Shown: in pieces, positions 39,267 to 48,918 of the stretch
Layout: every line of letters begins with the position of its first letter
Numbering within the stretch: position 1 is the first letter of the stretch
Assembly (NCBI GenBank): GCA_049325535.1
Contig: JBMOKY010000001.1
Location: forward strand, 93,002-157,001
Direction: 5' to 3'
Length of the DNA stretch: 64,000 nt
From: Patescibacteria group bacterium
GTDB taxonomy: Bacteria > Patescibacteriota > Patescibacteriia > UBA10025 > JAHIVO01
Program-made: the position numbers and the translations under genes
The notes under the pieces: generated by a model
The model's input: only the letters and a program-made list of their open reading frames with translations
Told to the model about the DNA's origin: nothing
Databases searched by the model: none

Positions 39267-39524
39267 ATGACTACCCATACTGACAAAGAACTTATCAATC
39301 AATTGCACCGTGCGCAGGGCCAGCTCGATGGCGTGGAGCGGATGATGTCCGAGTGCCGTTCGTGCGAAGACGTCGTTATGCAATTGATGGCCGCCCGTTC
39401 GTCGATCGAGCGACTAACCGTCAAACTACTCGAAGAGGAAACGCAGAGTTGTCTGAAATCGAAGAATCGATCGGAGGTGCAGCGGCTGCAAAAAGTCGCG
39501 GCCACGCTATTTAAATATACCTAG
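39267..39524 (+). CDS. CsoR/RcnR family transcriptional repressor
   Basis: QLHRAQGQLDGVERMM...CEDVVMQLMAARSSI...SCL. Confidence 0.9.
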   Translation: MTTHTDKELINQLHRAQGQLDGVERMMSECRSCEDVVMQLMAARSSIERLTVKLLEEETQSCLKSKNRSEVQRLQKVAATLFKYT

Positions 39525-39635
39525 GGGAAGAATTGCTGATTGCTGATGCATGCTCTCTGTATGAGTATGTCTCGGGTATAAGCGGAGCGGGTATTCATGA
39601 GCAATTAAGTAATACATAATAATTTATATTACCCT

Positions 39636-39962
39636 ATGACAGAGATACATCTGACCGACGCTAATTTTTCAGACGAAGTCCTCAAATCGGACAAGCCGGT
39701 GTTAGTCGATTTCTGGGCAGAGTGGTGCGGCCCGTGCAAAATCCAAGGACCGATCATCGAGGAGCTCGCTCAGGAAATCGGCGATGTGGCAAAAATCGGA
39801 AAATTGGAAGTAGATGAAAATCCCGCCACCGCCCAGCAGTACGGCATCATGAGCATACCGACGCTGGCCATATTCAAAAAAGGTGAAATCGTCTGGCAGG
39901 TCGCCGGTGTCCAGACCAAGGAAGCGCTGCTGAGCCAATTGAAAGCCGCGGCTGGCAACTAA
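39636..39962 (+). CDS. trxA: Thioredoxin
   Basis: VDFWAEWCGPCK; SIPTL. Confidence 0.97.
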   Translation: MTEIHLTDANFSDEVLKSDKPVLVDFWAEWCGPCKIQGPIIEELAQEIGDVAKIGKLEVDENPATAQQYGIMSIPTLAIFKKGEIVWQVAGVQTKEALLSQLKAAAGN

Positions 39963-39987
39963 TCGTCACTCAACTATATATCCCGCT

Positions 39988-40923
39988 ATGCATCCATCAA
40001 CCCATCATCACGTCGTGATAATCGGTTCGGGTCCTGCCGGACTCACCGCGGGCATTTATCTCGGACGAGCGTCATTGGAGCCGGTGCTTTTTGCCGGACA
40101 GGAACCGGGCGGACAGTTGACCACTACTTCCGACGTCGGTAATTTCCCCGGATTTGTGGAGGACATCGCCGGACCGGAGCTGATGTCGCGCATGCAGCAG
40201 CAGGCGGTGCGTTTTGGGACTCGGATTTTTTCAGAGGTGGTGCAGTCGGTTGATTTCAGTCAGCGGCCGTTTACCATCCACACTGACAAACAAAGCGTGA
40301 CCGCAGACGCCGTCATTGTGGCTACGGGTGCCAGTGCCAAATGGCTCGGTCTGGAGAGCGAGCAGAAATTGCGCGGCAAAGGTGTCTCGGCCTGCGCAAC
40401 CTGTGACGGTTTTTTCTTCAAAAATAAAGACGTGGCAGTGGTTGGCGGTGGCGACACGGCGATGGAAGAAGCGACTTTCCTGACGAAATTTGCCCGACGC
40501 GTGACTATTTTGGTACGCGGTGACGAAACATCATTGGCCGCCAGCTGGATTATGCTGGATCGCGCCCGGCAAAACGAAAAAATTACATTGAAATACAATG
40601 TCAGCGTACAAGAGGTACTCGGTGATACGGCTGTCACCGGACTGCGATTGATGAATAGCGCTACCAAGCAGGTAGAGACCATTGAGGTGCAGGGGTTGTT
40701 TGTGGCCATCGGTCACAAACCAAATACGGAATTTTTGGGTGGACAGCTGGAATTGACCAAGGGGTATATCGTGGTGCATGACATGACCAAAACATCCGTG
40801 GAGGGTGTATTTACCGGCGGCGATGTCCACGACTGGCGGTACCGCCAGGCAGTGACCGCGGCGGGTCTCGGGTGTATGGCCGCCTTGGATACCGAAAAAT
40901 ATTTAGCGGGACTGCATCAGTAG
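39988..40923 (+). CDS. trxB: Thioredoxin reductase
   Basis: IIGSGPAG, SACATCDGFF, GGGDTAMEE, RQAVTAAG.GC. Confidence 0.97.
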   Translation: MHPSTHHHVVIIGSGPAGLTAGIYLGRASLEPVLFAGQEPGGQLTTTSDVGNFPGFVEDIAGPELMSRMQQQAVRFGTRIFSEVVQSVDFSQRPFTIHTDKQSVTADAVIVATGASAKWLGLESEQKLRGKGVSACATCDGFFFKNKDVAVVGGGDTAMEEATFLTKFARRVTILVRGDETSLAASWIMLDRARQNEKITLKYNVSVQEVLGDTAVTGLRLMNSATKQVETIEVQGLFVAIGHKPNTEFLGGQLELTKGYIVVHDMTKTSVEGVFTGGDVHDWRYRQAVTAAGLGCMAALDTEKYLAGLHQ

Positions 40924-40980
40924 GCATATATCGGTCCGTTTGGTCAGACCTCTGTACGTCATGGGCATATACACTACCCA

Positions 40981-42228
40981 ATGTTTCACATGGAACAAAC
41001 ACAATCACCGGCAGTGAGTCGGCATACATCATCGCCACACATCTCCCTTCGCGCCGAGCGGGTTCCCGATTCGCCTATGCGGCGGTTTCATGATGCGGCA
41101 CTACAGGTACAGCGCCAGGGACGAACGGTACATTTTCTGAATATCGGCCAGCCGGATATCCCCACCCCGCAGGTTTTTTTTGATACGCTGCGGCAGTATG
41201 CCGGTACCATCGTCGGGTACGCTCCATCACCGGGTTTCCCGGAAACTATCCGTGCCTGGCAGACGTACTATCGGTCAGGAGGCATACCCCTCGATGAAAA
41301 AAATATAATCGTCACTATGGGCGGCAGCGAAGCGTTACAGTTCGCGCTGATGGCGGTGGCTGATCCGGATGATGAAGTGGTGCTCTTCGAACCGACCTAC
41401 GCCAGCTATATCTCGTTTGCCACCATGCTGGGTATTCGTATCGCGTCCGTTCCGCTTGATGCCAGTCACGCATTTCATCTGCCGGATGATGCGGTCATCG
41501 AACGTGCCATCACCCCGCGCACCCGAGCCATCCTGGTGTGCAATCCGGCAAATCCCACGGGGACCGTTTTTTCCCAAGCCGAAGTACAGCGGATCGGGGC
41601 GATCGCCCGGCGGTATGGATTATTTATCATTGCTGACGAGGTGTATCGGGAATTTGTCTATACCGGCGCGCCGCATTATAGTTTTCTTGCGGACGCATCC
41701 TTGCACGACCAGGTCATCATGATCGATAGCGTGTCAAAGCGATTTAATGTATGCGGCGCGCGAATCGGCGCGGTGGTTTCACGCAACGCATCGGTGCTCG
41801 ATGCCCTGGGTCGTTTCGCGCGCAGCCGATTGTCAGTGCCCACCCTCGAGCAGTTGGCGGTCATCCCGCTGCTCACCGACGCCGGGGGGTATGTAGCCGG
41901 TGTCGTCGCTGAATATGCCCGGCGCCGCGCTGCCGTCATGGAAGCCCAACAAGCCAGTCGCAGCATCGGGTGGTACGCACCGGAGGGAGCGTTTTATACT
42001 ATCGCCACGTTACCCGTAGCGGATACCGTGGATTTCGTATCCTGGACACTGACGCAATTTCAGGAGGATAATAGCACCATCCTGGTCGCTCCGGGAACGG
42101 GTTTTTATGTCAATCCCGATCATGGCCGTCACCAGATTCGCATTGCATTTGTCATCGAAGCCGAGCCGCTCCGGCACGCCCTCGCCCTGCTCGAACACGC
42201 GGTGGCAGAATATCAAAAAAATCATTAA
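40981..42228 (+). CDS. PLP-dependent class I/II aminotransferase (Asp aminotransferase-like)
   Basis: LNIGQPD, NPANPTG, ADEVYRE, DSVSKRF..CGARIG; true start may be 40990. Confidence 0.92.
   Translation: MFHMEQTQSPAVSRHTSSPHISLRAERVPDSPMRRFHDAALQVQRQGRTVHFLNIGQPDIPTPQVFFDTLRQYAGTIVGYAPSPGFPETIRAWQTYYRSGGIPLDEKNIIVTMGGSEALQFALMAVADPDDEVVLFEPTYASYISFATMLGIRIASVPLDASHAFHLPDDAVIERAITPRTRAILVCNPANPTGTVFSQAEVQRIGAIARRYGLFIIADEVYREFVYTGAPHYSFLADASLHDQVIMIDSVSKRFNVCGARIGAVVSRNASVLDALGRFARSRLSVPTLEQLAVIPLLTDAGGYVAGVVAEYARRRAAVMEAQQASRSIGWYAPEGAFYTIATLPVADTVDFVSWTLTQFQEDNSTILVAPGTGFYVNPDHGRHQIRIAFVIEAEPLRHALALLEHAVAEYQKNH
40982..40997. promoter_or_regulatory. Degenerate parS site
   Basis: TGTTTCACATGGAACA (one mismatch to TGTTTCACGTGGAACA). 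Confidence 0.6.
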
Positions 42229-42237
42229 TCATCATCT

Positions 42238-43515
42238 ATGACTTCCATACATCCATTTGCCAACGCCTTGAAGAATTTGCGTCAGGCCGGTGCGCAACTT
42301 GGGCTCAGCCAGGAATTGATAGACGCTATTGGTATGGCTGATGCCATCCTACAGCGCGAGCTGAAGATTACCATGGATTCCGGAGAGGAAAAAACATTTG
42401 CCGGGTATCGAGTACAGTTCAATAATGCGCGCGGACCGTACAAGGGCGGCATCCGCTTCCATCCGGAAGCAAATCTCGACGAAGTAAAGACACTCGCCTT
42501 TCTGATGGCCATCAAATGCGCGGTGGTGGATATTCCCATGGGCGGAGGCAAGGGCGGTATTCAGGTTGATCCAAAAACCTTATCTGTCGGGGAGCTGGAG
42601 CGGCTTTCTCGTGAGTGGGTGCGCGCATTTTATCAGGATATCGGTCCGGACAAAGATATTCCCGCCCCGGACGTATATACCAATCCATTGATCATGTCAT
42701 GGATGTCAGATGAATATTCACGACTAGTTGGCACGGATACTCCGGCGGCGTTTACCGGCAAACCGCTGGAGGTCGGAGGCTCGGCTGGTCGCGATACTGC
42801 TACTGCCCAGGGTGGTGCCGAGGTCTTGTCTCAGTTGGCGGCGACGCTGCGGATTGTTCCACAGAACACGACGGTAGCGGTCCAGGGATTTGGCAATGCC
42901 GGATTTCACATCGCCCGTCTGCTGCGGGAGCAGGGATATCGGGTGGTGGCGGTGTCCGATTCCCGAGGAGCCATCCTCGATAAGCGGCGGCTGGGCATGG
43001 ATCCCTCAAACATCATGACGGCAAAAAGGGAAAAGGGTATGATTGACGGATGCTATTGCGCGGGTACGGTCTGTGATTGTGAAAATTATGAAAAAATTTC
43101 CAATGCACAACTGTTGGAGCTCGACGTCGATATACTCGTTCCTGCGGCACTGGAAAATCAGATCACCGGGGAAAACGCCGATCGTATCAAAGCCTCCATC
43201 ATCCTTGAATTGGCAAATGGCGCCATCACGCCGGAAGCGGATACGATACTGTTCCGACGGGGGACGCAGGTGCTACCCGATTCGCTGGCCAATGCCGGTG
43301 GAGTGACGGTCAGTTATTTCGAATGGCTGCAAAACAGCAATAATGAATCCTGGGATCAGGCGCGGGTGTTTGATGAGCTGCGCCGGATCATGACCACGGC
43401 TTTTCAGGCCATATGGCGGATTGCCCAGGAGGAAAAGGTGAGTATGCGCACAGCCGCTTATTTGATTGCCGTTAAGCGGATTGCCGAGGCTATGCAGAAG
43501 CGAGGGGTCTCATAA
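42238..43515 (+). CDS. gdhA: Glu/Leu/Phe/Val dehydrogenase (glutamate dehydrogenase)
   Basis: RGPYKGGIRFHP, GGGKGG, DIPAPDV, QGFGNAG, ANAGGVTVSYFEW. Confidence 0.93.
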   Translation: MTSIHPFANALKNLRQAGAQLGLSQELIDAIGMADAILQRELKITMDSGEEKTFAGYRVQFNNARGPYKGGIRFHPEANLDEVKTLAFLMAIKCAVVDIPMGGGKGGIQVDPKTLSVGELERLSREWVRAFYQDIGPDKDIPAPDVYTNPLIMSWMSDEYSRLVGTDTPAAFTGKPLEVGGSAGRDTATAQGGAEVLSQLAATLRIVPQNTTVAVQGFGNAGFHIARLLREQGYRVVAVSDSRGAILDKRRLGMDPSNIMTAKREKGMIDGCYCAGTVCDCENYEKISNAQLLELDVDILVPAALENQITGENADRIKASIILELANGAITPEADTILFRRGTQVLPDSLANAGGVTVSYFEWLQNSNNESWDQARVFDELRRIMTTAFQAIWRIAQEEKVSMRTAAYLIAVKRIAEAMQKRGVS

Positions 43516-43620
43516 TCCCTTGTTTGGCAGAAGGTTTTTTGGTGGTTATTGCTTGATTGTGGTGATATGCTATAATGCTGCCGAGCATAGCCTGCTCATA
43601 TTATTTTTTACGAATGTACT

Positions 43621-44001
43621 ATGGGTACAACCCTCGACCATTTTGAACAATCATTTGTTGATCAGCAGCGGCAAACGCTGCAGGGCGAAAAAGAGCGGCT
43701 GGAGAAACAGCTGCATGGGATGACTGGTGATGACGCATTTAACAAAGACAAAGTTCAGGTGAAATGGGATGAAATGGGAGAAAAGGAAGAGGATAACGCC
43801 GTGGAAGTGGCCCAATTTCAGGATAGTATTTCCCTGGAACGAAATTTGGAAGAACAACTTGAACGCATCAATGATGCCCTCCGCCGACTCGGTGACCGCA
43901 CCTATGGTATCTGTGAGGTCTGTGGCAATCCGATTGAGCAGGGACGCCTGACCGCTAATCCCAGCGCTGTGCGCTGCGTCAAGGACGCTGCTCGAAAGTA
44001 G
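43621..44001 (+). CDS. TraR/DksA family zinc-finger protein
   Basis: Coiled coil, then ALRRL...YGICEVCGNPI...RL.ANP.A.RCVKD. Confidence 0.88.
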   Translation: MGTTLDHFEQSFVDQQRQTLQGEKERLEKQLHGMTGDDAFNKDKVQVKWDEMGEKEEDNAVEVAQFQDSISLERNLEEQLERINDALRRLGDRTYGICEVCGNPIEQGRLTANPSAVRCVKDAARK

Positions 44002-44002
44002 T

Positions 44003-44461
44003 ATGCAGGTGATGGTTCGCCGTCTGCTGTTGGCCGGCCTCGGGCTGACCGTGATTTTTTTCGTTGATCGGCTGCTGAAATGGTACAGTCTGAATCATTT
44101 GCCCGAAGAGGGGGTGGCGCTTATTCCTGGCGTAGTGCGTCTGACCACCGCCACAAACGCTGGTTTAATATATGGCCTGTCGGTATCCCCGGCCAGCGCC
44201 ATCGGTATCATGGGGGGAGCCATGCTGGCTTTGGTCATGATCGGTGCGCATGCCTGGCGGCGTCAGCGAACCGGACAGCTGATCGGCGTGGCCGCCATGC
44301 TGACGGGGAGTTTTTCAAATCTATTTGATCGATTGTCCGCGGGATACGTCGTTGATTATCTGGTCAGTATCACGCCGTCAGTATTCAATCTCGCTGACGT
44401 GCTGATCGCTGTAGGCGCGGTGATGTGGGTAATTGCGCTGCTGCGCCAGCGGGCGGCTTGA
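44003..44461 (+). CDS. lspA: Signal peptidase II
   Basis: DRLLK, N.G..YG, GSFSNLFDRL..GYVVDY, FNLAD. Confidence 0.88.
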   Translation: MQVMVRRLLLAGLGLTVIFFVDRLLKWYSLNHLPEEGVALIPGVVRLTTATNAGLIYGLSVSPASAIGIMGGAMLALVMIGAHAWRRQRTGQLIGVAAMLTGSFSNLFDRLSAGYVVDYLVSITPSVFNLADVLIAVGAVMWVIALLRQRAA

Positions 44462-44529
44462 CGTCGGGCAGGAGGACTTGGTAGGGTAGGAGCACACAGA
44501 GTACATTCATAACCTCGAAAGGAGGGTAT

Positions 44530-45297
44530 GTGACAGAATTACCATTTTCGAACGAAAGGACGATCGAATATCCAATAACGCGATTACACCGGTGGGGCGC
44601 ACGGAAGTTCCGTCGGTTGGTGGCTTGGTGTGCTCGCCATCATATTGATCCGAACTGGTTTACCTATCTCGGACTGGGCTGCGCGCTCGGCATGTGCGTG
44701 TCTCTCTGGCACGGGTGGTGGTTTGCCGCACTGCTGTGTATCGGCCTGAACGGCCTCAGTGACGTGATAGATGGCGAACTGGCACGAGCGACGGCCGATA
44801 AGCGGGCGCATTGGCTAAATGAATACGGTGTATTACTCGATCCAAAAGTAGACCGGGTGAATGACATCGCCGCGTTCATCGGATTGTGGCTCTATGCGGA
44901 AGCGATCGGCTTGCCGCTGTGGTTTCAAGCACTGATCGTCGTCTCGGGCGCACTGCATCCGGTGTCGTCATTTATTCGGGCAAAGTATGAGAGCTTGCCT
45001 ATTTTCCAGACACGGAAAATTCGATTTCAGGAACAGAAACCGCTGACGCGGGCGGCATTCATGGTTTTCCTGGCGATCGTCTGCTGCGCCCTATGGCTGG
45101 CCTGGGGAGCGCCTCATCTCATGATATGGGCGGGCATCTATCGTCAGTCGCCGTACGACATCGCTTCCGTACAGTATTGGATATTTGTCCTCGGGGTCCT
45201 GGGATTGGTCTGTGCTCCGACGCTGTTCAATTTCTTCCGGCGTTGGCACCGGTCGCGCACCATTTTTCGTTCACAGGGCATCACCCCACCTGGTTAA
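44530..45297 (+). CDS. CDP-alcohol phosphatidyltransferase family protein
   Basis: PNWFT; DVIDGELAR...G.LLDPKVDRVND motif; AAGGAGG SD. Confidence 0.88.
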   Translation: MTELPFSNERTIEYPITRLHRWGARKFRRLVAWCARHHIDPNWFTYLGLGCALGMCVSLWHGWWFAALLCIGLNGLSDVIDGELARATADKRAHWLNEYGVLLDPKVDRVNDIAAFIGLWLYAEAIGLPLWFQALIVVSGALHPVSSFIRAKYESLPIFQTRKIRFQEQKPLTRAAFMVFLAIVCCALWLAWGAPHLMIWAGIYRQSPYDIASVQYWIFVLGVLGLVCAPTLFNFFRRWHRSRTIFRSQGITPPG

Positions 45298-45392
45298 TCC
45301 CACGGTGGGGCTTTTTTTACTTGCGTGGCGGGGCAGCTCGTGCTAGGATAGAGCAATTTACATATAGTTCTTTTCACGAAGAAGGAGTTTCT

Positions 45393-46178
45393 ATGCTTTG
45401 GCTCTTGGTGTGTCAATTGCTGTGGTGGCCGTGGATGACACCAGCCGCGTATTCACCGGCACCAGCCTACTGTTTTCATTCTGATGCGCGATGGCGCCTT
45501 GATTCGTTGGTCGGGCAATCTGCGGACGAGCATCTCTACCAGCGGATGGTGCTGACGCACAACCTCGCATTTAATAAAAGTGAGGGCATGCGCGACAGTA
45601 GCGATCAGCTGCTCAAACGTTTTGAGGCGCAATACGGCGTCGCTGATTCGACCATCGTCTACCGGGCAACCCTGGACATCATGCATGTCCGGGATCATCA
45701 GTTCAGGCAATATGCCACTGGCGCAATCAATTCACTGAGCTTCGGCATATTTGGCAGCAATCCGAAGGACAAAGTGCGGAAGTGCATCGGCCGCATCAGT
45801 GAATGCGTTGAACGAAATCAGGAGTCCATATCCTTTCGCATCCACCGCCTGACAGCGGCACTGGAGACAGCGGAACATCTCGACGAGATGTTTGCCCTGG
45901 CTATCAGCGATCTCAAATGGTTGAGTGAGCGCGATACCCTTCTGGATACTGCCGAGGCATGTCTGTACCGGCTCGCATGGGCGCGCTATGCGTATAAATA
46001 CTGCATGAAGCTGCAGTATCTTCCGGTGCAGTCGCGGTTGGCTGAAATTGATAAGGGTATACAGTGGATCGATGCGGCGCGCGTCATGGCCGTGACACCG
46101 GGACTGTCAACCGAGGTGGCGATTTGGGAAGATCGGCTGCGTACGTTACGTCATGCAATTGTAGCGGGCTCACCCTGA
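45393..46178 (+). CDS. Hypothetical secreted helical protein
   Basis: AAGGAG SD before MLWLLVCQLLWWPW; signal-like N-terminus. Confidence 0.7.
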   Translation: MLWLLVCQLLWWPWMTPAAYSPAPAYCFHSDARWRLDSLVGQSADEHLYQRMVLTHNLAFNKSEGMRDSSDQLLKRFEAQYGVADSTIVYRATLDIMHVRDHQFRQYATGAINSLSFGIFGSNPKDKVRKCIGRISECVERNQESISFRIHRLTAALETAEHLDEMFALAISDLKWLSERDTLLDTAEACLYRLAWARYAYKYCMKLQYLPVQSRLAEIDKGIQWIDAARVMAVTPGLSTEVAIWEDRLRTLRHAIVAGSP

Positions 46179-46209
46179 GTCCGCTTTTTTATTGTGCTAT
46201 ACTGCTGGT

Positions 46210-46890
46210 ATGCGAATCAATAAATTTATTGCGTTATCAGGTGTTGCTTCACGCCGCACAGCCGATCAGCTGATCCGGCAGGGACGGGTGGAGCGCAATG
46301 GCCAGGTGGTCACCGAGCTGGGGGTTCAAGTGGACCCGACAGCCGATACTATTACTGTAGACGGCCGTTCACTGCAGCCGGTGGACTCCTATACTTATCT
46401 GGCACTGCATAAACCACGCGGGTATGTGTGTACGCACGCGCGGTTTGATGGTGAGCAGTCGGTGTTTACATTGTTACCCGCCCGGTACCGACATCTCAAA
46501 ATGAGCGGACGGCTCGACAAAGATTCCGAAGGGTTGCTGATTTTATCGGATGACGGTGGGTTCATTCAGCAACTTGGCCATCCCCGCTATGCCAAAGCGA
46601 AAGAGTATCAGGTCGTCGTCACGCGGGCACTGTCATCGGGAGCACTGGCGCAGTTGCGTCGGGGGGTCCGACTGGATGAGGGTGTTGCTCAGGTGGATGA
46701 AATTCGCATGGTGAATCCCACTACTTATACAATCCGTATCCATCAGGGCTGGAAGCGGCAGATCCGTCGGATGATGGAAGCGGTGGGTGCCCGGGTAGTG
46801 CGGCTGGTGCGGACGCGGGTGGGTCCCTATGCGCTCGGTTCGCTCCCGCCGGGAGAGTATAAAGAAATAAAAAAGCCGTCCACAGCCTAG
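46210..46890 (+). CDS. RsuA/RluB family rRNA pseudouridine synthase
   Basis: MRINKFIALSGVASRR S4 domain; HKPRGY; GRLDKDSEGLLILSDDG; RQIRRM. Confidence 0.95.
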   Translation: MRINKFIALSGVASRRTADQLIRQGRVERNGQVVTELGVQVDPTADTITVDGRSLQPVDSYTYLALHKPRGYVCTHARFDGEQSVFTLLPARYRHLKMSGRLDKDSEGLLILSDDGGFIQQLGHPRYAKAKEYQVVVTRALSSGALAQLRRGVRLDEGVAQVDEIRMVNPTTYTIRIHQGWKRQIRRMMEAVGARVVRLVRTRVGPYALGSLPPGEYKEIKKPSTA

Positions 46891-46928
46891 GCAGGGAGGA
46901 ACGGCGGGAGGATCGGGGGAGCAAGCGG

Positions 46929-47138
46929 TCATGTGCAGGATCCGGGAAAGGACGATGACTCGGGCTGGGGGGAGTCCCGACGCTGTTGTTTTTTGTGTTT
47001 CGTGTGACAGTGTTTACATCGCTGCGGATCATGGGTGTATCCGCGTTCCTGCCAGTACCGCTGGGCGTCGGTAGTGAAAACGAATTCTTCGTGGCACTGG
47101 CTGCAGACGAGGATGCGGTCATGCAATTCCTCTGACAT
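46929..47138 (-). CDS. Small zinc-ribbon protein (CxxC...CxxC)
   Basis: DRILVCSQCHEEFVFT..AQRYW.ERGY...PQRCKHC; GGAGG SD. Confidence 0.82.
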   Translation of the reverse strand: MSEELHDRILVCSQCHEEFVFTTDAQRYWQERGYTHDPQRCKHCHTKHKKQQRRDSPQPESSSFPGSCT

Positions 47139-47312
47139 GATGTTTCCCTCCGTGGAAAAAGCGTGGTAATGATCGGCTGGTACACGGTCATTTTCGCCCT
47201 TTGGGTTGCCGCTGTCAAATTTGACAGTGTCTCGGCACCCATGGTAGGATAATTTTTCAGAGAAGAATTAGATAGGACCTTCCCCAAGTTTATTTGGGAA
47301 GGTTTTATCATT

Positions 47313-48833
47313 ATGGCGACAACCGCATTATCTGCTACGGTCATCGGACTCGACGGCAGGCTGGTCGACGTGGAGGCCGATGTGGCACGGGGATTGCCGA
47401 AAATGCTCATCGTCGGTCTACCGGATACCGCAGTACAGGAAGCGCGAGAGCGGGTTCGCTCGGGTATTCGTAATAGTGGCTTTGATTTTCCGAGCGGTAT
47501 CATCACGGTCAATCTGGCGCCGGCAGACATCCGTAAGGAGGGATCTGGTTTCGACGTACCGATAGCGTTGGCCATCCTCCAGTCCCGCGGGTTTGTTCGC
47601 CGGGGTGTTGATTTGCGTTCCGGAATGTTTATTGGCGAACTGTCGCTGGATGGCCACATCCGTCCGGTGTCCGGTGTTTTATCGATGACACTGTCGGCAC
47701 TGGAACATGGGGTGACTGCCGTGTACGTTCCAGTAGAGAATGCCGGAGAAGCAGCACTGGCCGGAAGCGGGGTTATCTATGCGGTGCGGCATCTGTCCGA
47801 ACTGGTGGCTCATGTGAATGGGACGGAAAAAATTGCCCCCTACCGTGCCGTTCCACCGCCGGCAGAAGCACCTCCATCCGCTGATATGCAGCACGTCCGC
47901 GGTCATCAGCAGGCTAAACGGGCGCTGGAAATTGCCGCCGCAGGCGGGCACAACGTCCTGATGACCGGACCACCCGGATCCGGAAAGACGCTGCTAGCCC
48001 GCTGTTTGCCGTCCATTTTACCACCGATGACGCATGCCGAATCGCTGGAGGTGACGAAGATATATTCCGTCAGCGGTAAACTGGAGCGGGCGCGCATCAT
48101 GCATACTCGGCCATTCCGCACGCCCCACCATACGACGTCGGCGGTGGCGCTGGTCGGCGGCGGCAGCTCCCCGAAACCCGGTGAGATTTCACTGGCTCAC
48201 CGCGGAGTTTTATTTCTGGATGAATTTCCGGAGTTCAGTCGGCCGGTACTGGAAAGTTTACGACAGCCGCTTGAGGACGGGGTGGTGACGGTGGCTCGTG
48301 CCGCTGGCGCAGTTTCCTTTCCGGCACGGTTCATGCTGGTGGCGGCGCAGAATCCCTGCCCGTGTGGCTATTTGTATGACACGGAACGACCGTGTACCTG
48401 CACGCCGTACCAGCTGCTGAAGTACACCAAACGCATTTCAGGTCCGCTCCTGGATCGGATTGATATACATTTGCCGGTTCCCCGACTTCCCTATGCTGAT
48501 ATGCGGGGGGCCGTGTCGGGGGATGGTTCAGCAGTGATTCGCGGTCGGATAGTACGTGCGCGGATGCGTCAGGCAAAACGGATGGCAGAAACGGGCCGGC
48601 TCACTAATGCTGAATTATGTGTACGCGAGATAGACCGGTGGTGCGCGGTGCCGCCAGACGGTGAACTACTTATCAAACAAGCCATGAACCAATTTCATTT
48701 ATCGGTCCGTTCTTATCATCGTATCCTGAAGATCGCCCGCACTATCGCGGACCTGGCAGCAGCTGATATGATATCGGCGGATCACATTGCCGAGGCGCTC
48801 CGATTTCGACCACAGGAGCAGGCGCTGACCTGA
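47313..48833 (+). CDS. comM: YifB/ComM Mg-chelatase-like AAA+ ATPase
   Basis: IVGLPDTAVQEARERV, NLAPAD..KEG, GPPGSGKT, LAHRGVLFLDE, NPCPCG, SGPLLDRID. Confidence 0.95.
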   Translation: MATTALSATVIGLDGRLVDVEADVARGLPKMLIVGLPDTAVQEARERVRSGIRNSGFDFPSGIITVNLAPADIRKEGSGFDVPIALAILQSRGFVRRGVDLRSGMFIGELSLDGHIRPVSGVLSMTLSALEHGVTAVYVPVENAGEAALAGSGVIYAVRHLSELVAHVNGTEKIAPYRAVPPPAEAPPSADMQHVRGHQQAKRALEIAAAGGHNVLMTGPPGSGKTLLARCLPSILPPMTHAESLEVTKIYSVSGKLERARIMHTRPFRTPHHTTSAVALVGGGSSPKPGEISLAHRGVLFLDEFPEFSRPVLESLRQPLEDGVVTVARAAGAVSFPARFMLVAAQNPCPCGYLYDTERPCTCTPYQLLKYTKRISGPLLDRIDIHLPVPRLPYADMRGAVSGDGSAVIRGRIVRARMRQAKRMAETGRLTNAELCVREIDRWCAVPPDGELLIKQAMNQFHLSVRSYHRILKIARTIADLAAADMISADHIAEALRFRPQEQALT

Positions 48834-48918
48834 GCAGTCTATTGACAGCTGGCGTCAAACCTCCTAGCGTAGATATTATACCAAGCGTTCATTGGGCAAC
48901 ATACCAAGGAGGTTGTGT

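Noticed and set aside
45093-45392. N-terminal extensions in the ORF track (also ftsH from 20679, rny to 31129, 38676, 19354)
   Set aside because: They overlap upstream genes, tRNAs or promoters; downstream starts have better SD or promoter support
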